IMG/VR virus record: IMGVR_UViG_3300043414_001003
Location: 1 to 44,713 of that record
DNA: 44,713 bases
Direction: 5' to 3' (one strand)
Source: a virus
Taxonomy: Duplodnaviria > Caudoviricetes
The position numbers were made by a program, and so were the translations under genes. The stretch's first letter is position 1, and each line of letters starts with the position of its first letter. Under the pieces are notes generated by a model. It had not been told where the DNA came from. It searched no databases and saw nothing but the letters and a program-made list of their open reading frames with translations. Below are positions 32,396 through 44,300 of the stretch, one piece after another.

Positions 32396-33316
32396 TTAGA
32401 AAGTTATTGAACCTGAACTAGTCCATGTATATATTCTATAACCACCTGTTACATTAATTGTTGGGCTACCGGTAGTTGCGGATGCTGCTCCGTATGTATC
32501 TGCATAGCGAATTATAGCGACACCGGATCCACCGTTCATACCGGCGCCGCTATTATTGCCGGCGCCTCCGCCGCCTAATCCATTAGTACCTGCTGCTGCC
32601 GGTGTACCACCAAACGGGCCATTTCCACCGCCTCCCAATCCTCCCTGAGACGCAGTTGCGCCGCCTGGACCAAAATCTGCGGTTCCAGAGCCGCCACCGC
32701 CTGCATAATAAGTTGATGTACCTGATATAGATGATTGTAGACCCGTACCACCGCTTGGACTCTCACCGTCAAAAGGAGGTCTAGATCCAGCGCCTCCGCC
32801 GCCAGCAGCATAGTTGCTATTGACTACTCCACCGTCATATCCTTGTCTTGCAGCACTTATATAAGTTGATCCAGGATATATTCCTTTTCCTGCTGCGGTG
32901 CTGCCAGTTTCAACATAGCCGCCACCTCCACCAGAGCCGCCGTTTGAACCCGGGCCGCCGTTGCCAGCAAATGGACTGTTCTCACCATACCCGCCACCAC
33001 CTCCACCAACTGATGTTACTGTAGTAAATCCTGATCCAGTGATAGATGAGTTTGCTCCATTTCCGCCGTTAGCACTAGATACACCTGCGCCGCCTGCTCC
33101 AATTGTTATGGTTAGAGAACTGACGCCGGATACTGATACTGCACTAGCAGTTAATAGTCCCCCGGCGCCGCCACCTCCGCCGGGGTTAAAAATCATTGCG
33201 CCACCAGCGCCACCACCAGCAACTAGTAAGTAGTCAATTGTAGTGGGTGTCGACGGTGCTGGTGCAGGGGGCACTAAACTAAATCCACTGCTTAATACCA
33301 TGCCAGATAATATCAT
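32396..33316 (-). CDS. Glycine-rich virion/adhesin-like protein
   Basis: DYLLVAGGGAGG...GGSGVAIIRY...WTSSGSITF. Confidence 0.7.
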   Translation of the reverse strand: MILSGMVLSSGFSLVPPAPAPSTPTTIDYLLVAGGGAGGAMIFNPGGGGGAGGLLTASAVSVSGVSSLTITIGAGGAGVSSANGGNGANSSITGSGFTTVTSVGGGGGGYGENSPFAGNGGPGSNGGSGGGGGYVETGSTAAGKGIYPGSTYISAARQGYDGGVVNSNYAAGGGGAGSRPPFDGESPSGGTGLQSSISGTSTYYAGGGGSGTADFGPGGATASQGGLGGGGNGPFGGTPAAAGTNGLGGGGAGNNSGAGMNGGSGVAIIRYADTYGAASATTGSPTINVTGGYRIYTWTSSGSITF

Positions 33317-33329
33317 TTTAATAATCCTC

Positions 33330-36300
33330 TTATGCCGTCTTGAATACTACAAAGTTAATGATCGGTGATTCAGCAACAGCAACTGCCGTTGTGTTGAAAA
33401 TCTGAATATTAAATGCACCTGCTGCTACGTTTGCGACACTTAATATATAACTGTTGGCACTACCACTACGTTGATTCAGTATAATCACATCAGTTGCTGC
33501 CACAGTAGTATTGGTAACAGTAAACAAGTTATATGTATTAGCAGTAGTTGTGGCACTAACTAATGTAATAGCGCCAGAAACGTTACTCACAGTAACACCG
33601 GTATTACGATTAGTTAATTGAGTAGCAGCACCAACTGTAGAACTATAACCAAATCCAGTGGCACTATTAACACGCAAACCACCGTCAAATCTACTATTGC
33701 CGTTAGCAACCCAAATTGAGTATGGGTTAGTAATTGTTGCATTAGTGTTAGCAACTGGTGCGCCACCTACTAGGAATGTTGCAGCGTTAGTAAATGTAAC
33801 TGTTGTGTTAGTTGCTGCTATGTTTGGCTGTGCAAAACCATGTATTGCTGCATTCGCTACAGTACTTGCTGCCGCCGCAGTATTATCAGTATATGTAGTG
33901 AAAATACCACGCATACCAATATTACCAACAAGACCGGTCGTACTTAATAATATAGCATTACCAATATTCAAGTTAGCAGCAACTGTACCTTGAGCCGTAT
34001 GAGAGTTTCCTAAAACGTTAGTAGCATTAGAATATCCAGCAACGTTGACACCAGTTGTTGCTACTACAAACTGAGCAGTAGCATTACCCACTGTGAACAT
34101 AGAGATGTTAGCATTAGAAGTAATAGTTATGTTACTATTACCACTTGGCATGATTGGTATGTTGCCTGCTGATAAGTTACCAGTAAAGTTACCTGTACCA
34201 GCAACGTTAGTACCAGTTGCTGTTATAACTAATCTGTTAGCACCAGTTACTGCGATAGCAATGTTAGCGTTTGCTACCATGTTAACGTTACTATTACCAC
34301 TTGCTAATACACCAACAAAGTTAGCTGCATTGACGTTACCACTGAAGTTTCCTGTACCAGTAATGTTTGCGCCAGTGCCAGAAATAGTCATTGTTGTATT
34401 ACCAACTGCTGCTATAGTAACGTTACCGTTTGCCGTAGCAATATAAACGTTACTATTACCATTTGCTAATGTACCAATGATATTACCAAAGAAACGAGCA
34501 TTACCACCAACCATCAATGCATATGAGTTAGTAATTGTTGCATTAGTGTTGGCTACTGGTCCGCCTGCAATATACATTGTTGCAGCATTAGTAAATGTTA
34601 CAGTAGTATTGGCTGCTGCTAAGTTAGGTGCAGCAAACGCATGTATTGCAGCATTAGCAATTGTTGCTGCGGCTGCTGCGTTGCCTTCAGTATATGTTGT
34701 AAATAATGAACGAACACCTAAGTTACCGGTAATTGTTGATACGTTACTGTTACCGGTTGCCACGCCTGATGCAGTAAGCGCATTGGAAGTTATTGCTGCA
34801 TTAGCCGCAGTTGTTATGATACCTGCTGCTGTGATAGATGCTACGTTTGCAGTACCGGTAACACTGAAGTTAACGTTAGCATTAGATACAATAGTGACGT
34901 TACTATTACCTTGAGCAAAAGTATTTGCTGTTAATACATTAACGTTAGAGATGTTACCGCCGGCGCCTGATCCAAGTGTGAAGTTACCTGTAACTGCTAA
35001 GTTACCGGCAACGTTAGCAGTACCAGAGATGTTTGCACCAGTACCAGTAACAATTAATATGTTAGCATTACCAACTGCTGAAATATTAACGTTACCGTTT
35101 GCAACTGGTATATTTACGTTACTATTACCGTTTGCTATACTAGTTGTAGCAGCAATACCAGTTAATAATGCACCATTACCAATATAGTAGTTTGCTGTAA
35201 TGTTGGCAGTACCGGTACTTAGTGTACCTGTTACGTTTACACCAGTATTAGTTATAGTTACTACGTTACTAGTACCAGTGACGCTTACTGTTACGTTACC
35301 GTTTGCTGTAGATATATTTACATTACTATTACCATTTGCTACTGACACTGCACTAACAGTATTTAAATAGTATCCATTACCAACAAAGTAGTTAGCGGTA
35401 ATTGAGTTTGCACCAGTAATAGCACCGCCAGAGCCAGTGCCAACTGTCAGATTTGATGCAGCAGCATTTCCAGTAACAGTTAAAGCATTCGCAGCAGTTA
35501 AGTAATTAGCACTAATGTTGTTAGCGCCTGATATATTGCCACCAGTACCAGCACCAATTGTCATGCTACCTGATAGATTTGCACCAACACCAGTGAGAAC
35601 CATTATGTTAGCATTACCAGCAGATGAGAATGTGATATTACCGTTCGCTACGGGGATATTTACATTACTATTACCATTTGCTACAGCAGCTACAGCACCA
35701 GCGGTGATGCCAGTTAACTGACTACCGTTACCGATAAAATATGCACCACTTACATTACCAGTAGTGTTTATATTTCCACTACCTGTATTCAATGTTCCTG
35801 CTATATTAACACCAGTTCCAGTAACAACTACTATGTTAGCGTTACCGACTGCTGATATATTAACATTACCATTTGCTGATGGGATATTTACATTTGAGTT
35901 GCCATTACTGATACTTGAAGAACTGATGGATACAAATGATAGGTTACCTGAACCATCAGTTTGTATAACTTGACCACTACTACCGCCTGTTACTTTTACA
36001 TTACCAACTGCACCCAATGATACATTAGCAGTGGTTACAAAATCAACTACACCGGTTGCATTACTTACCGTCAATCCAGTTAGTGTACCAACACTTGTGA
36101 TATTGCCTTGAGCAGCGGTTGTAACCGTACCTGCATATGTTGCATAGTTTGCATTGGCTACCGTACCGGTTATATTTGCTCCTGTTATATTGCTAAGATT
36201 GCCACCCTCGCCAATAAAGTAATTAGCAGTAATAGTATTGGCTCCGGTCAAACTTCCACCTGTTCCTGCTCCCAAAGTAACAGTACCAGCAATATTAGCA

Positions 36301-38339
36301 TTGCCTGATGAGATATTACCAGTAACAGTTAAATTACCCAATGTACCTACAGTAGTTAAACTTGATGTAGTAATGCCAGATGCTAATGTACTACCAGTTA
36401 AATTAGCAGCATTAGCAGCAATAGCTACATTTGATGCGGCAGTCAATTGACCCTGCCCATTTACAGTAAATGATGCTACATAATCACCGTTGCCATAACT
36501 TTGAGCAGTTACTGTTGTATTAGCAATGTAAAATTCTGTTCCATTTAATGCTAATCCAGTTCCGGCAGTATATGTGCCTGCACCAGAGAACTGAACCCAA
36601 ACAACCGAAGTTGTACCAATTACAACATTTTCAGTTGTTTGCACCCATCCAGTATCTGCGTATGTAGCACCTTGTTGAACGAATATAAAGTCGCCACCGT
36701 TTAATTCATTACCCGTATCTTCCCCCGCAGCACGAACAAGAGTTGTAGTATCAACCCAGGAATATACGCCGTTATTTTGTTGTGCAGTCTCATTTTTAAC
36801 AAGAATACGAGTACCAACTGTTTGTACATTAACAGTGTCAATGAGGTCAAATACACCACCTGAAACAGTTAATGTTGCACCAACACCTGGTTGTGATATA
36901 TTACCGCCGGCAGTATAAGTAATTGTGCCGCCTGTTATTGTTGCTAAATTAGCAGTAGTTGCTGCTAATGCCGGGGCATGAATATGTAACCCTTGTGCAA
37001 CAGTATCAACATATAATTTTGTAGCAGCATCAGTTGCTGCATTTGGTTCAGCAACATTGCCTATTATAAAATTACCAACATCAACTTTACCAGTGCCTGT
37101 TGGTACTAAGTTAATATTTTGATTAGTACCCGTTGCAGTAATAGTGACGCTTGATGATTTACCAATAATTAAATCAGTAATTACATTTGCATTTGATTGT
37201 ATGTTACCACTAACTACTAAACTATCTAGTGTTCCAACACTTGTAATATTACTTTGTGCGCTAGCAGTTACTGTGCCGGCAATTAAAGCATTAGCTACTT
37301 GCCCAGTGATGTTTCCTGCGGTTATGTTACTAAGATTGCCACCTTCACCGATAAAGTAATTAGCAGTAATAGTATTAGCGCCAGATAAATCTCCACCTGT
37401 TCCTGATCCTAAAGTAACAGTACCGGAAATGCTAGCATTACCTGCTGAAAGATTACTAGTTATATTAGCACTACCTGTGATATTAACATAAGCAGAATTG
37501 ATTGTTAGATTGGCGTTACCAATTGAACCATCGCCGCCGTCAACTATAATTCGTGCGTCATAATCACCACTACCTATTGAACTATGAAAGTCAATGAATG
37601 GTGTCGCAGCAGTTGTTCTGCCGGATAATCCCATTTCAATGCTAGGATTTCCTGCATCACTATTGATCCATATTTGATTATCTTGTTGCCATTTAGAATA
37701 TATGTCAGCGTTACCGGTAATAGAACTCAGAACTGCTAAACCATCTAATATCCCGACGCTTGTAATATTACTTTGTGCGCTAGCAGTTACTGTTCCAGAA
37801 TATGTAGCGTAATTTGCATTTGCCACTGTTCCGGTTATATTTGCTGCTGTGATATTACTTATATTGCCGCCTTCACCAAAGAAGGAAGTAGCAATAACGT
37901 TTCCGGATATATTAGCATAACCTGTTATGTTAGCACCGGTCTCTGTTATAGTTAAGGTAGCGTTGCCATTTGCAGTAGTAACAACATTTCCATCTATTGT
38001 AGCAATACTTACATTACTATTACCGTTGCTGATAATTGATGGACTACCTGTTGCATTCCAAGTTAAATTGCCTGCACCATCGGTTGTTAATACATAATTT
38101 GCTGTTCCGCCACTAATGTGTAAATTGCCTACGTTACCCAAATCAACATTAGATATGTTAGAGAAGTCTGCTACGCCACCGGTACCTACAAAATTGCTTG
38201 CAGTAATATTGCCAAGTGATGTAATGTTTTGAGCATTAGCAATATTGCTTAAGGCTAAATTTAAGTCATCGCCCGCAGGCAATTCATCAATTGTACCATT
38301 AGATGCATCAACGATTAGGGGAAAATAACTTGTTGCCAT
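33330..38339 (-). CDS. Long Asn/Gly/Thr/Ala-rich tail fibre-like protein
   Basis: Recurrent NGNSNVNI and ANYFIGEGGNLSNI repeats; central AATKLYVD...RILVKNE...NGVY...WVQFSGAG fibre domain. Confidence 0.75.
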   Translation of the reverse strand: MATSYFPLIVDASNGTIDELPAGDDLNLALSNIANAQNITSLGNITASNFVGTGGVADFSNISNVDLGNVGNLHISGGTANYVLTTDGAGNLTWNATGSPSIISNGNSNVSIATIDGNVVTTANGNATLTITETGANITGYANISGNVIATSFFGEGGNISNITAANITGTVANANYATYSGTVTASAQSNITSVGILDGLAVLSSITGNADIYSKWQQDNQIWINSDAGNPSIEMGLSGRTTAATPFIDFHSSIGSGDYDARIIVDGGDGSIGNANLTINSAYVNITGSANITSNLSAGNASISGTVTLGSGTGGDLSGANTITANYFIGEGGNLSNITAGNITGQVANALIAGTVTASAQSNITSVGTLDSLVVSGNIQSNANVITDLIIGKSSSVTITATGTNQNINLVPTGTGKVDVGNFIIGNVAEPNAATDAATKLYVDTVAQGLHIHAPALAATTANLATITGGTITYTAGGNISQPGVGATLTVSGGVFDLIDTVNVQTVGTRILVKNETAQQNNGVYSWVDTTTLVRAAGEDTGNELNGGDFIFVQQGATYADTGWVQTTENVVIGTTSVVWVQFSGAGTYTAGTGLALNGTEFYIANTTVTAQSYGNGDYVASFTVNGQGQLTAASNVAIAANAANLTGSTLASGITTSSLTTVGTLGNLTVTGNISSGNANIAGTVTLGAGTGGSLTGANTITANYFIGEGGNLSNITGANITGTVANANYATYAGTVTTAAQGNITSVGTLTGLTVSNATGVVDFVTTANVSLGAVGNVKVTGGSSGQVIQTDGSGNLSFVSISSSSISNGNSNVNIPSANGNVNISAVGNANIVVVTGTGVNIAGTLNTGSGNINTTGNVSGAYFIGNGSQLTGITAGAVAAVANGNSNVNIPVANGNITFSSAGNANIMVLTGVGANLSGSMTIGAGTGGNISGANNISANYLTAANALTVTGNAAASNLTVGTGSGGAITGANSITANYFVGNGYYLNTVSAVSVANGNSNVNISTANGNVTVSVTGTSNVVTITNTGVNVTGTLSTGTANITANYYIGNGALLTGIAATTSIANGNSNVNIPVANGNVNISAVGNANILIVTGTGANISGTANVAGNLAVTGNFTLGSGAGGNISNVNVLTANTFAQGNSNVTIVSNANVNFSVTGTANVASITAAGIITTAANAAITSNALTASGVATGNSNVSTITGNLGVRSLFTTYTEGNAAAAATIANAAIHAFAAPNLAAANTTVTFTNAATMYIAGGPVANTNATITNSYALMVGGNARFFGNIIGTLANGNSNVYIATANGNVTIAAVGNTTMTISGTGANITGTGNFSGNVNAANFVGVLASGNSNVNMVANANIAIAVTGANRLVITATGTNVAGTGNFTGNLSAGNIPIMPSGNSNITITSNANISMFTVGNATAQFVVATTGVNVAGYSNATNVLGNSHTAQGTVAANLNIGNAILLSTTGLVGNIGMRGIFTTYTDNTAAAASTVANAAIHGFAQPNIAATNTTVTFTNAATFLVGGAPVANTNATITNPYSIWVANGNSRFDGGLRVNSATGFGYSSTVGAATQLTNRNTGVTVSNVSGAITLVSATTTANTYNLFTVTNTTVAATDVIILNQRSGSANSYILSVANVAAGAFNIQIFNTTAVAVAESPIINFVVFKTA

Positions 38340-38369
38340 TTGTATATCTCAATTATTATTATGTATTTA

Positions 38370-41300
38370 TCAACTTATAGGCACTGGAATATTTCCAGAC
38401 CTTCCTACAATATTTAATACACTATTTGTTAGTTGTACTTCTATTGCCCCGCTACTACGTGTATAAACATAGATAAATCCAGTACCACCACTGGGTTTAT
38501 TGTACCAATTTAGATTACCGGTGCCGTCAGTTTGTAATATTTGCCCATTTGCACCGCCAGTAATCTTAACGTTACCTACGTTGCCCAAATTACTTATATT
38601 TGCTACAGTTAGATCACCGTTTATATTTGCACCAATCCCAGTGACAACAAATATATTAGCATTACCTGCAACGCTAGTTAATACATTTCCATCTAATTCA
38701 ACTGTTACATTACTTGTACCATTGGTAATAGCAGTACCACTGCCGCCACCGCCCCCGGGCGCAAATACACCGTTGCCATATAATATATTGCTACTATTAC
38801 CATCAAAATTTGCTAAAGCAACATTACCTATACCAACTACATTTGCTACGTCTACTGCAAAAGCAGTACCGGCATAATTAGCATAATTGGCGTTGGCTAT
38901 TTCACCAATTATATTTGCTGCTGCAATATTTGATATGTTACTACCATCGCCAATAAAGAAATTAGCAGTAATATTTTGAGCCGTGTACCAACTTATACCA
39001 TTATATGTAAAAGAGCCTTCACTCCATATCTTATCAATGCTAGCAGTAGTAACTCCACTATTCGTAACTGTTAATGCATATGTAGAATTATCATTTATTG
39101 CGCTATCTTGTAATGTCAATAAACTAGTTTGACCGGCACTAATAGCAGCACTTGGGTAACCATTAATGTTTGCTAATTGATTTTCAGGTAATGGACCACC
39201 GGGTACAACAAAGTTTTCAGTATATACAGCAACATCTTTTACAAAACGGAAATTTGATATTTTACCATTTACAGCATAATCATAGGGCCCGTTACCGGCT
39301 AATGCTATTATTAACGTTTGTGGGTTTGGAATTGTGCCACCAGTGCCAGCATAAGTTCCCTGTAATACCCCATTAATAAACAATCTAGTAGTAGTACCAT
39401 CAGAACTCAATGCTATGTGATACCATTGATTAAGAACAGTAAATGTGTCAGATGAGGTGATACGTATACCATACTGTTGAGTACCAACATCAAAATGCCC
39501 AGTGCCGCTTTCATTCCATCTACAGAACCATCCGTCAGTAAAAGCAAAATTCCAAATATATTCTGGTAAATTTAATCCAGCCCAATCTCTTGGATAGAAG
39601 AAGCATTCAATAGTAAATGCGCCGTTTTGATCAAACAATGAAGCATTGTTATCAACTGTTAAGTAAGCACCTCCGTATGGAGGCGCAGCAGTAAAGTCAC
39701 CGTAATATGTTGGTTGGCCAAACACATTTGCTAAACCTACTAACCCGGTATCTACATAATTAAAGTTTACATTACCGTTGACATTAGCGCCATTACTAGT
39801 AACAACAAATACATTAGCATTACCTGCTACACTTGTACTTACATTGCCGTTAGCAGAAACAATTACATTACTATTACCGTTAGAAATAGAACTTACAGAT
39901 ATCCCAGTTAGTAGTGAACCATTGCCAATAAAATAATTAGCAGTTATTGAGTTAGCGCCAGTTAAACTACCACCAACGCCAGTTCCTATATTTAAATTAC
40001 CTACATTAGCATTACCTGATGTGTTTATTGTTCCTGCTACATTAATACCCGTTCCAGTGACAATTACTACATTTGCATTACCAGAAACGCTAGTGGTTAC
40101 ATTGCCGTCTATTGTGTCAATATTTACATTACTTGTGCCGTTAGCAATAGATGAGCCGCTGCCGCCACCTCCACCAGGAGCAAATACACCGTTGCCATAC
40201 AATACATTTGATGAACTACCATCTATATTAATTGAAGCAATATTACCTATACCAACTACATTTGCTAAATCTACAGAGAACGCAATATTTGCTATATTAG
40301 AAAAACTTGCGTAGTTTGCGTTTGATACTTCACCAATTATGTTTGCACCTGCAATATTTGATATATTGCTGCCGTCGCCAATAAAGAAATTAGCAGTAGC
40401 ATTGCCTAATACATTTATTGATGTTGATTTCCATGCTGATACGCCATCAAATATAAATTGACCACTATTGCCTAACAAATAAGTAGTAACCCCATAGTTA
40501 GTTAAAGTAAAATTATAAGATGAATTATCAATTAAAGTAGAATTTTGTAATATTAATAAACTAGTTTCTGTACCAGTAATTGCTGCGCTTGGATTACCAT
40601 TTGTATCTGCTGCTTGGGTAGCCGTTAATGATGTTGTACTTGGGGTAAAGTTAGATGTGTATACTGCTATACCTTTAACTACACGAATATTGGTTGCGTA
40701 TCCATTAAGGTAATGATTTCCAGGACTATTTCCAGTATTTGCTTTACCAATTTGTAATGGATCACCATTTACAATAGTATAATCTGTAGTACATGTCTGA
40801 GTAGCACCTACTTGTGTGCCATTAACAAAAAATCTTAAATCAGTTCCACTGCGAGTACATGCTATATGATACCATTGTCCAGCATTAAGTGTTATTGGAA
40901 ATATATAATTAATTTCTGGTGGTGTACCGTTGGTTCTATACCAGCTAAGATACGGGCCACCACCATATGGACCGGAATAATATCTCATCCACCAACTAGA
41001 ATTAATTCCTCCTCCATTTGCTCCTTGACCTAATAGTATTAAAGCACTATCTACATTGTTATCAAACGTGTTCCAATAATACCATCCCTCTACCGTAAAG
41101 TCTCCTGTACCAAATTCATATACTGTATTGCTTGGTGCAGTTAAGTAATCGCTAGTACCATTAAAAATGCCCGCATACGGCGCAGGGGTAATAGTAATAG
41201 GAGCAGCATTGCTAATTAACCCGGTGAGTGAGTTATCAAAATATATATTACTTGTTAAATCTATGCCGCCCGTTATGCTCGCATTGCCTACAACACCAAG

Positions 41301-44300
41301 ACTACCGGTTAAATTAGCACCAACCCCAGTAACAACAAATATATTAGCATTACCTGCTACACTAGTTGATACATTCCCGTTTAAATCAATAACAACATTA
41401 CTTGTACCATTACTGATACTTGACAAATTAGCAGCAGGAGCAAACACGCCATTACCATATAATACGTTACTACTACTGCCGTCAAAGTTTGCTAAAGCAA
41501 CATTACCCAATCCAGTAACATTTGCTGCTATAATAGAGTTAGCAATATCTGCTACCCTGGATGAATCTACTCTTACACCATAACTATCAGTACCATTCCA
41601 ACCCATTAATGTTGGATATGCATTAGTCCATATAACAGTAGCATTGGCGTCGTTTATAACAGTACCATTTGGTGCTGTGCCATTTGATGCGTCAAATATT
41701 GTATGATTATTACCATACTTTGTCCACATTAACTGACCGGATACTGCATCATTTGTGGTACCAAAATAATTTGTATTATTAGAAGCAAAGGTACCAGAGT
41801 AATTGGCACTATTACTATAATCAGAATAGTTACCATATGTTGCATAGTTAGCATTGGCTACTTCACCTGAAACATTAGCACCATCTACACTATATGCTGT
41901 ACCAGCAAAGTTTGCGTAATTTGCATTTGCTGTAAAATCTGATATTCTTGCTGAATCAACACGTACACCATATGTATCAGTACCACTCCAACCCATTAGT
42001 GTTGGAGCATAATATGATGTGTTGGACCATGGCATTGTCGCATCGCCGGTATTTATAACTGTACCAGTTGGTGTTGTTCCATTGGATGCATCAAATACAG
42101 TATGATTGTTGCCATACTTTGTCCACATTAATTGTCCGGCTACTGCATCATTTGTTACACCAAAATAATTAGTTATATTAGATGCAAACGTATTTGAGAA
42201 ACTTGCTAGGTTACTATACAAGGCATAATTTGCATTGGCTATATTGCCGGATATATTACCAACAACATTAGCGCCATTGATGTTTGATAATCCAGCACCA
42301 TCCCCTGTAAAGAATCCTGTATTAGCAGTAAAGTTTGCTGCTATTATATTACCACTAACATTTAAATCAATTAATGTACCTACACTTGTGATATTAGGTT
42401 GAGCATTATCTACAATTATGTTAGCATAGTTACTATTTGTAGAGTATGTAGAAAGATTTGCTGAATCAGCATACCCTGCATTTGTTGCATAGTTAGCAAG
42501 ATTGGCTGTATTTGCATACCCTGCATTTGCAGAATAGTTAGCGGTATTTGCTGAATCAGCATATCCAGCATATAGTTTAGTCCAGATACCCCAAACACCT
42601 GCTTCTTTTTGTCTTACTGTTAAGTATGGATCGCCACCAGCAGTAAATCTATTGATTGCCATCTGCTGTGCATAATCACTATATGGATAATCTCCACCTA
42701 TGCCAGATGCTACTGTATAAAATTGTGTTCCGCCCGTGTCTGGTCCATTTGTATTACCAAATATATATTGATATCCAAAATTGTTTGGCGTATTAAAGTT
42801 ATTATAGGTAGTAAGATTAAGACCCATATTATTGAATAGGCCATTAGCAGTAATACCATTTAAATAATTTGAGTTGTTTGCGTTTCCAGATAAATTACCA
42901 ATGAATACATTAGCACGAACATTGCCATATGTGTTTACCGTTATAACATCAGAACTGTTTGTGACATTACTACCTAATATGAATTCACTATTACTATTGT
43001 CCCATCCCATAAATGCTTCAATGGGAGCACCGTTATAGTAATATAATAAAGTACCTCTATCTTTACCGTCGTTTGTTGTTAATGGTGACCCGTTTGCGCT
43101 GCCTCCCATCTCAATGATGGGGTCAGTAACATATAATTGTTCTACGTTTACATAAGAGATATTACCACTAACTGTTAAGTTACCCGCAATAAGAGTATTG
43201 CCAGTAACAGTTAATTGTGTTAAATTACCAAGACTAGTAATATTAGGTTGTGCTGCATCAGTTACTATATTAGCAAAACTTGCCAAATTACTATATAGAG
43301 CAAAGTTAGCATTAGCAACTGTGTTTGAAACATTAGCACCATCTATTGCAAACGCAGTGCCGGCGTAGTTTGCATAATTAGCAGTTGCTACATTACCACT
43401 TACATTTGCACCGTCTACTGCATATGCAGTGCCGGCAATATTTGCATAGTTAGCATTTGCTACATTACCTGAAACATTAGCGCCGGCAACTGCAAACGCA
43501 GTACCAGCATAGTTTGCATAATTAGCAGTTGCTACATTACCACTTACATTTGCGCCTGCTACTGAATATGCAGTGCCGGCAATATTTGCATAGTTAGCAT
43601 TTGCTACATTGCCAACAATATTTGCAGCAGCAATATTTGATAGGCCGCCGCCATTACCACTATAATAATTAGCAGTAACTCCGGTAGCAGATACTACAAA
43701 TACATTAGCAACATTATTGACACTAACAGTTACATTACCGTTAGCAGTTGCAATATTTACATTACTATTGCCATTAAAAATGCTATTAGGACTCGTAGAA
43801 ATGCCTGTTAGTAATGCACCATTACCAACAAAAAAGTTTGCAACAATTGCATTAGCACCAGTAATAGTTCCGCCTACCGCTGTTCCTATCTGAAGATTGC
43901 CAACGTTGACATTACCAGTTGTGTTAAATGTTCCGGCTACGTTCATGCCAGTGCCAGTAACTACAACTACATTTGCATTACCTGCTACACTAGTTGATAC
44001 ATTGCTATTTGCTGCTACGACTACATTACTGTTTCCGTTAAAGATACTACTGCCGCCTGATATTGATAGATTAGAAAGTAAATAGCCATCTCCTGAAACA
44101 TAATTTCCTGCTACTAAGTTAGCATTAATTGTATTAGCATTGGCAATATTGGCATTGACAGTATTAGCACTAATAATATTAACACTAGAAATATTTCCTT
44201 CAACTACTAAGTTTGTTAAATTACCAAGGCTTGTAATATTTGGTTGAGCATGATCAGTTACTATATTAGCATAGGTTGATAGATTTGCTAAGTCAGCAAT

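Noticed and set aside
22665-44085. Many short plus-strand ORFs opposite structural and nrd genes
   Set aside because: Antisense shadows caused by biased codon use in repeat-rich genes; no SD or motifs.
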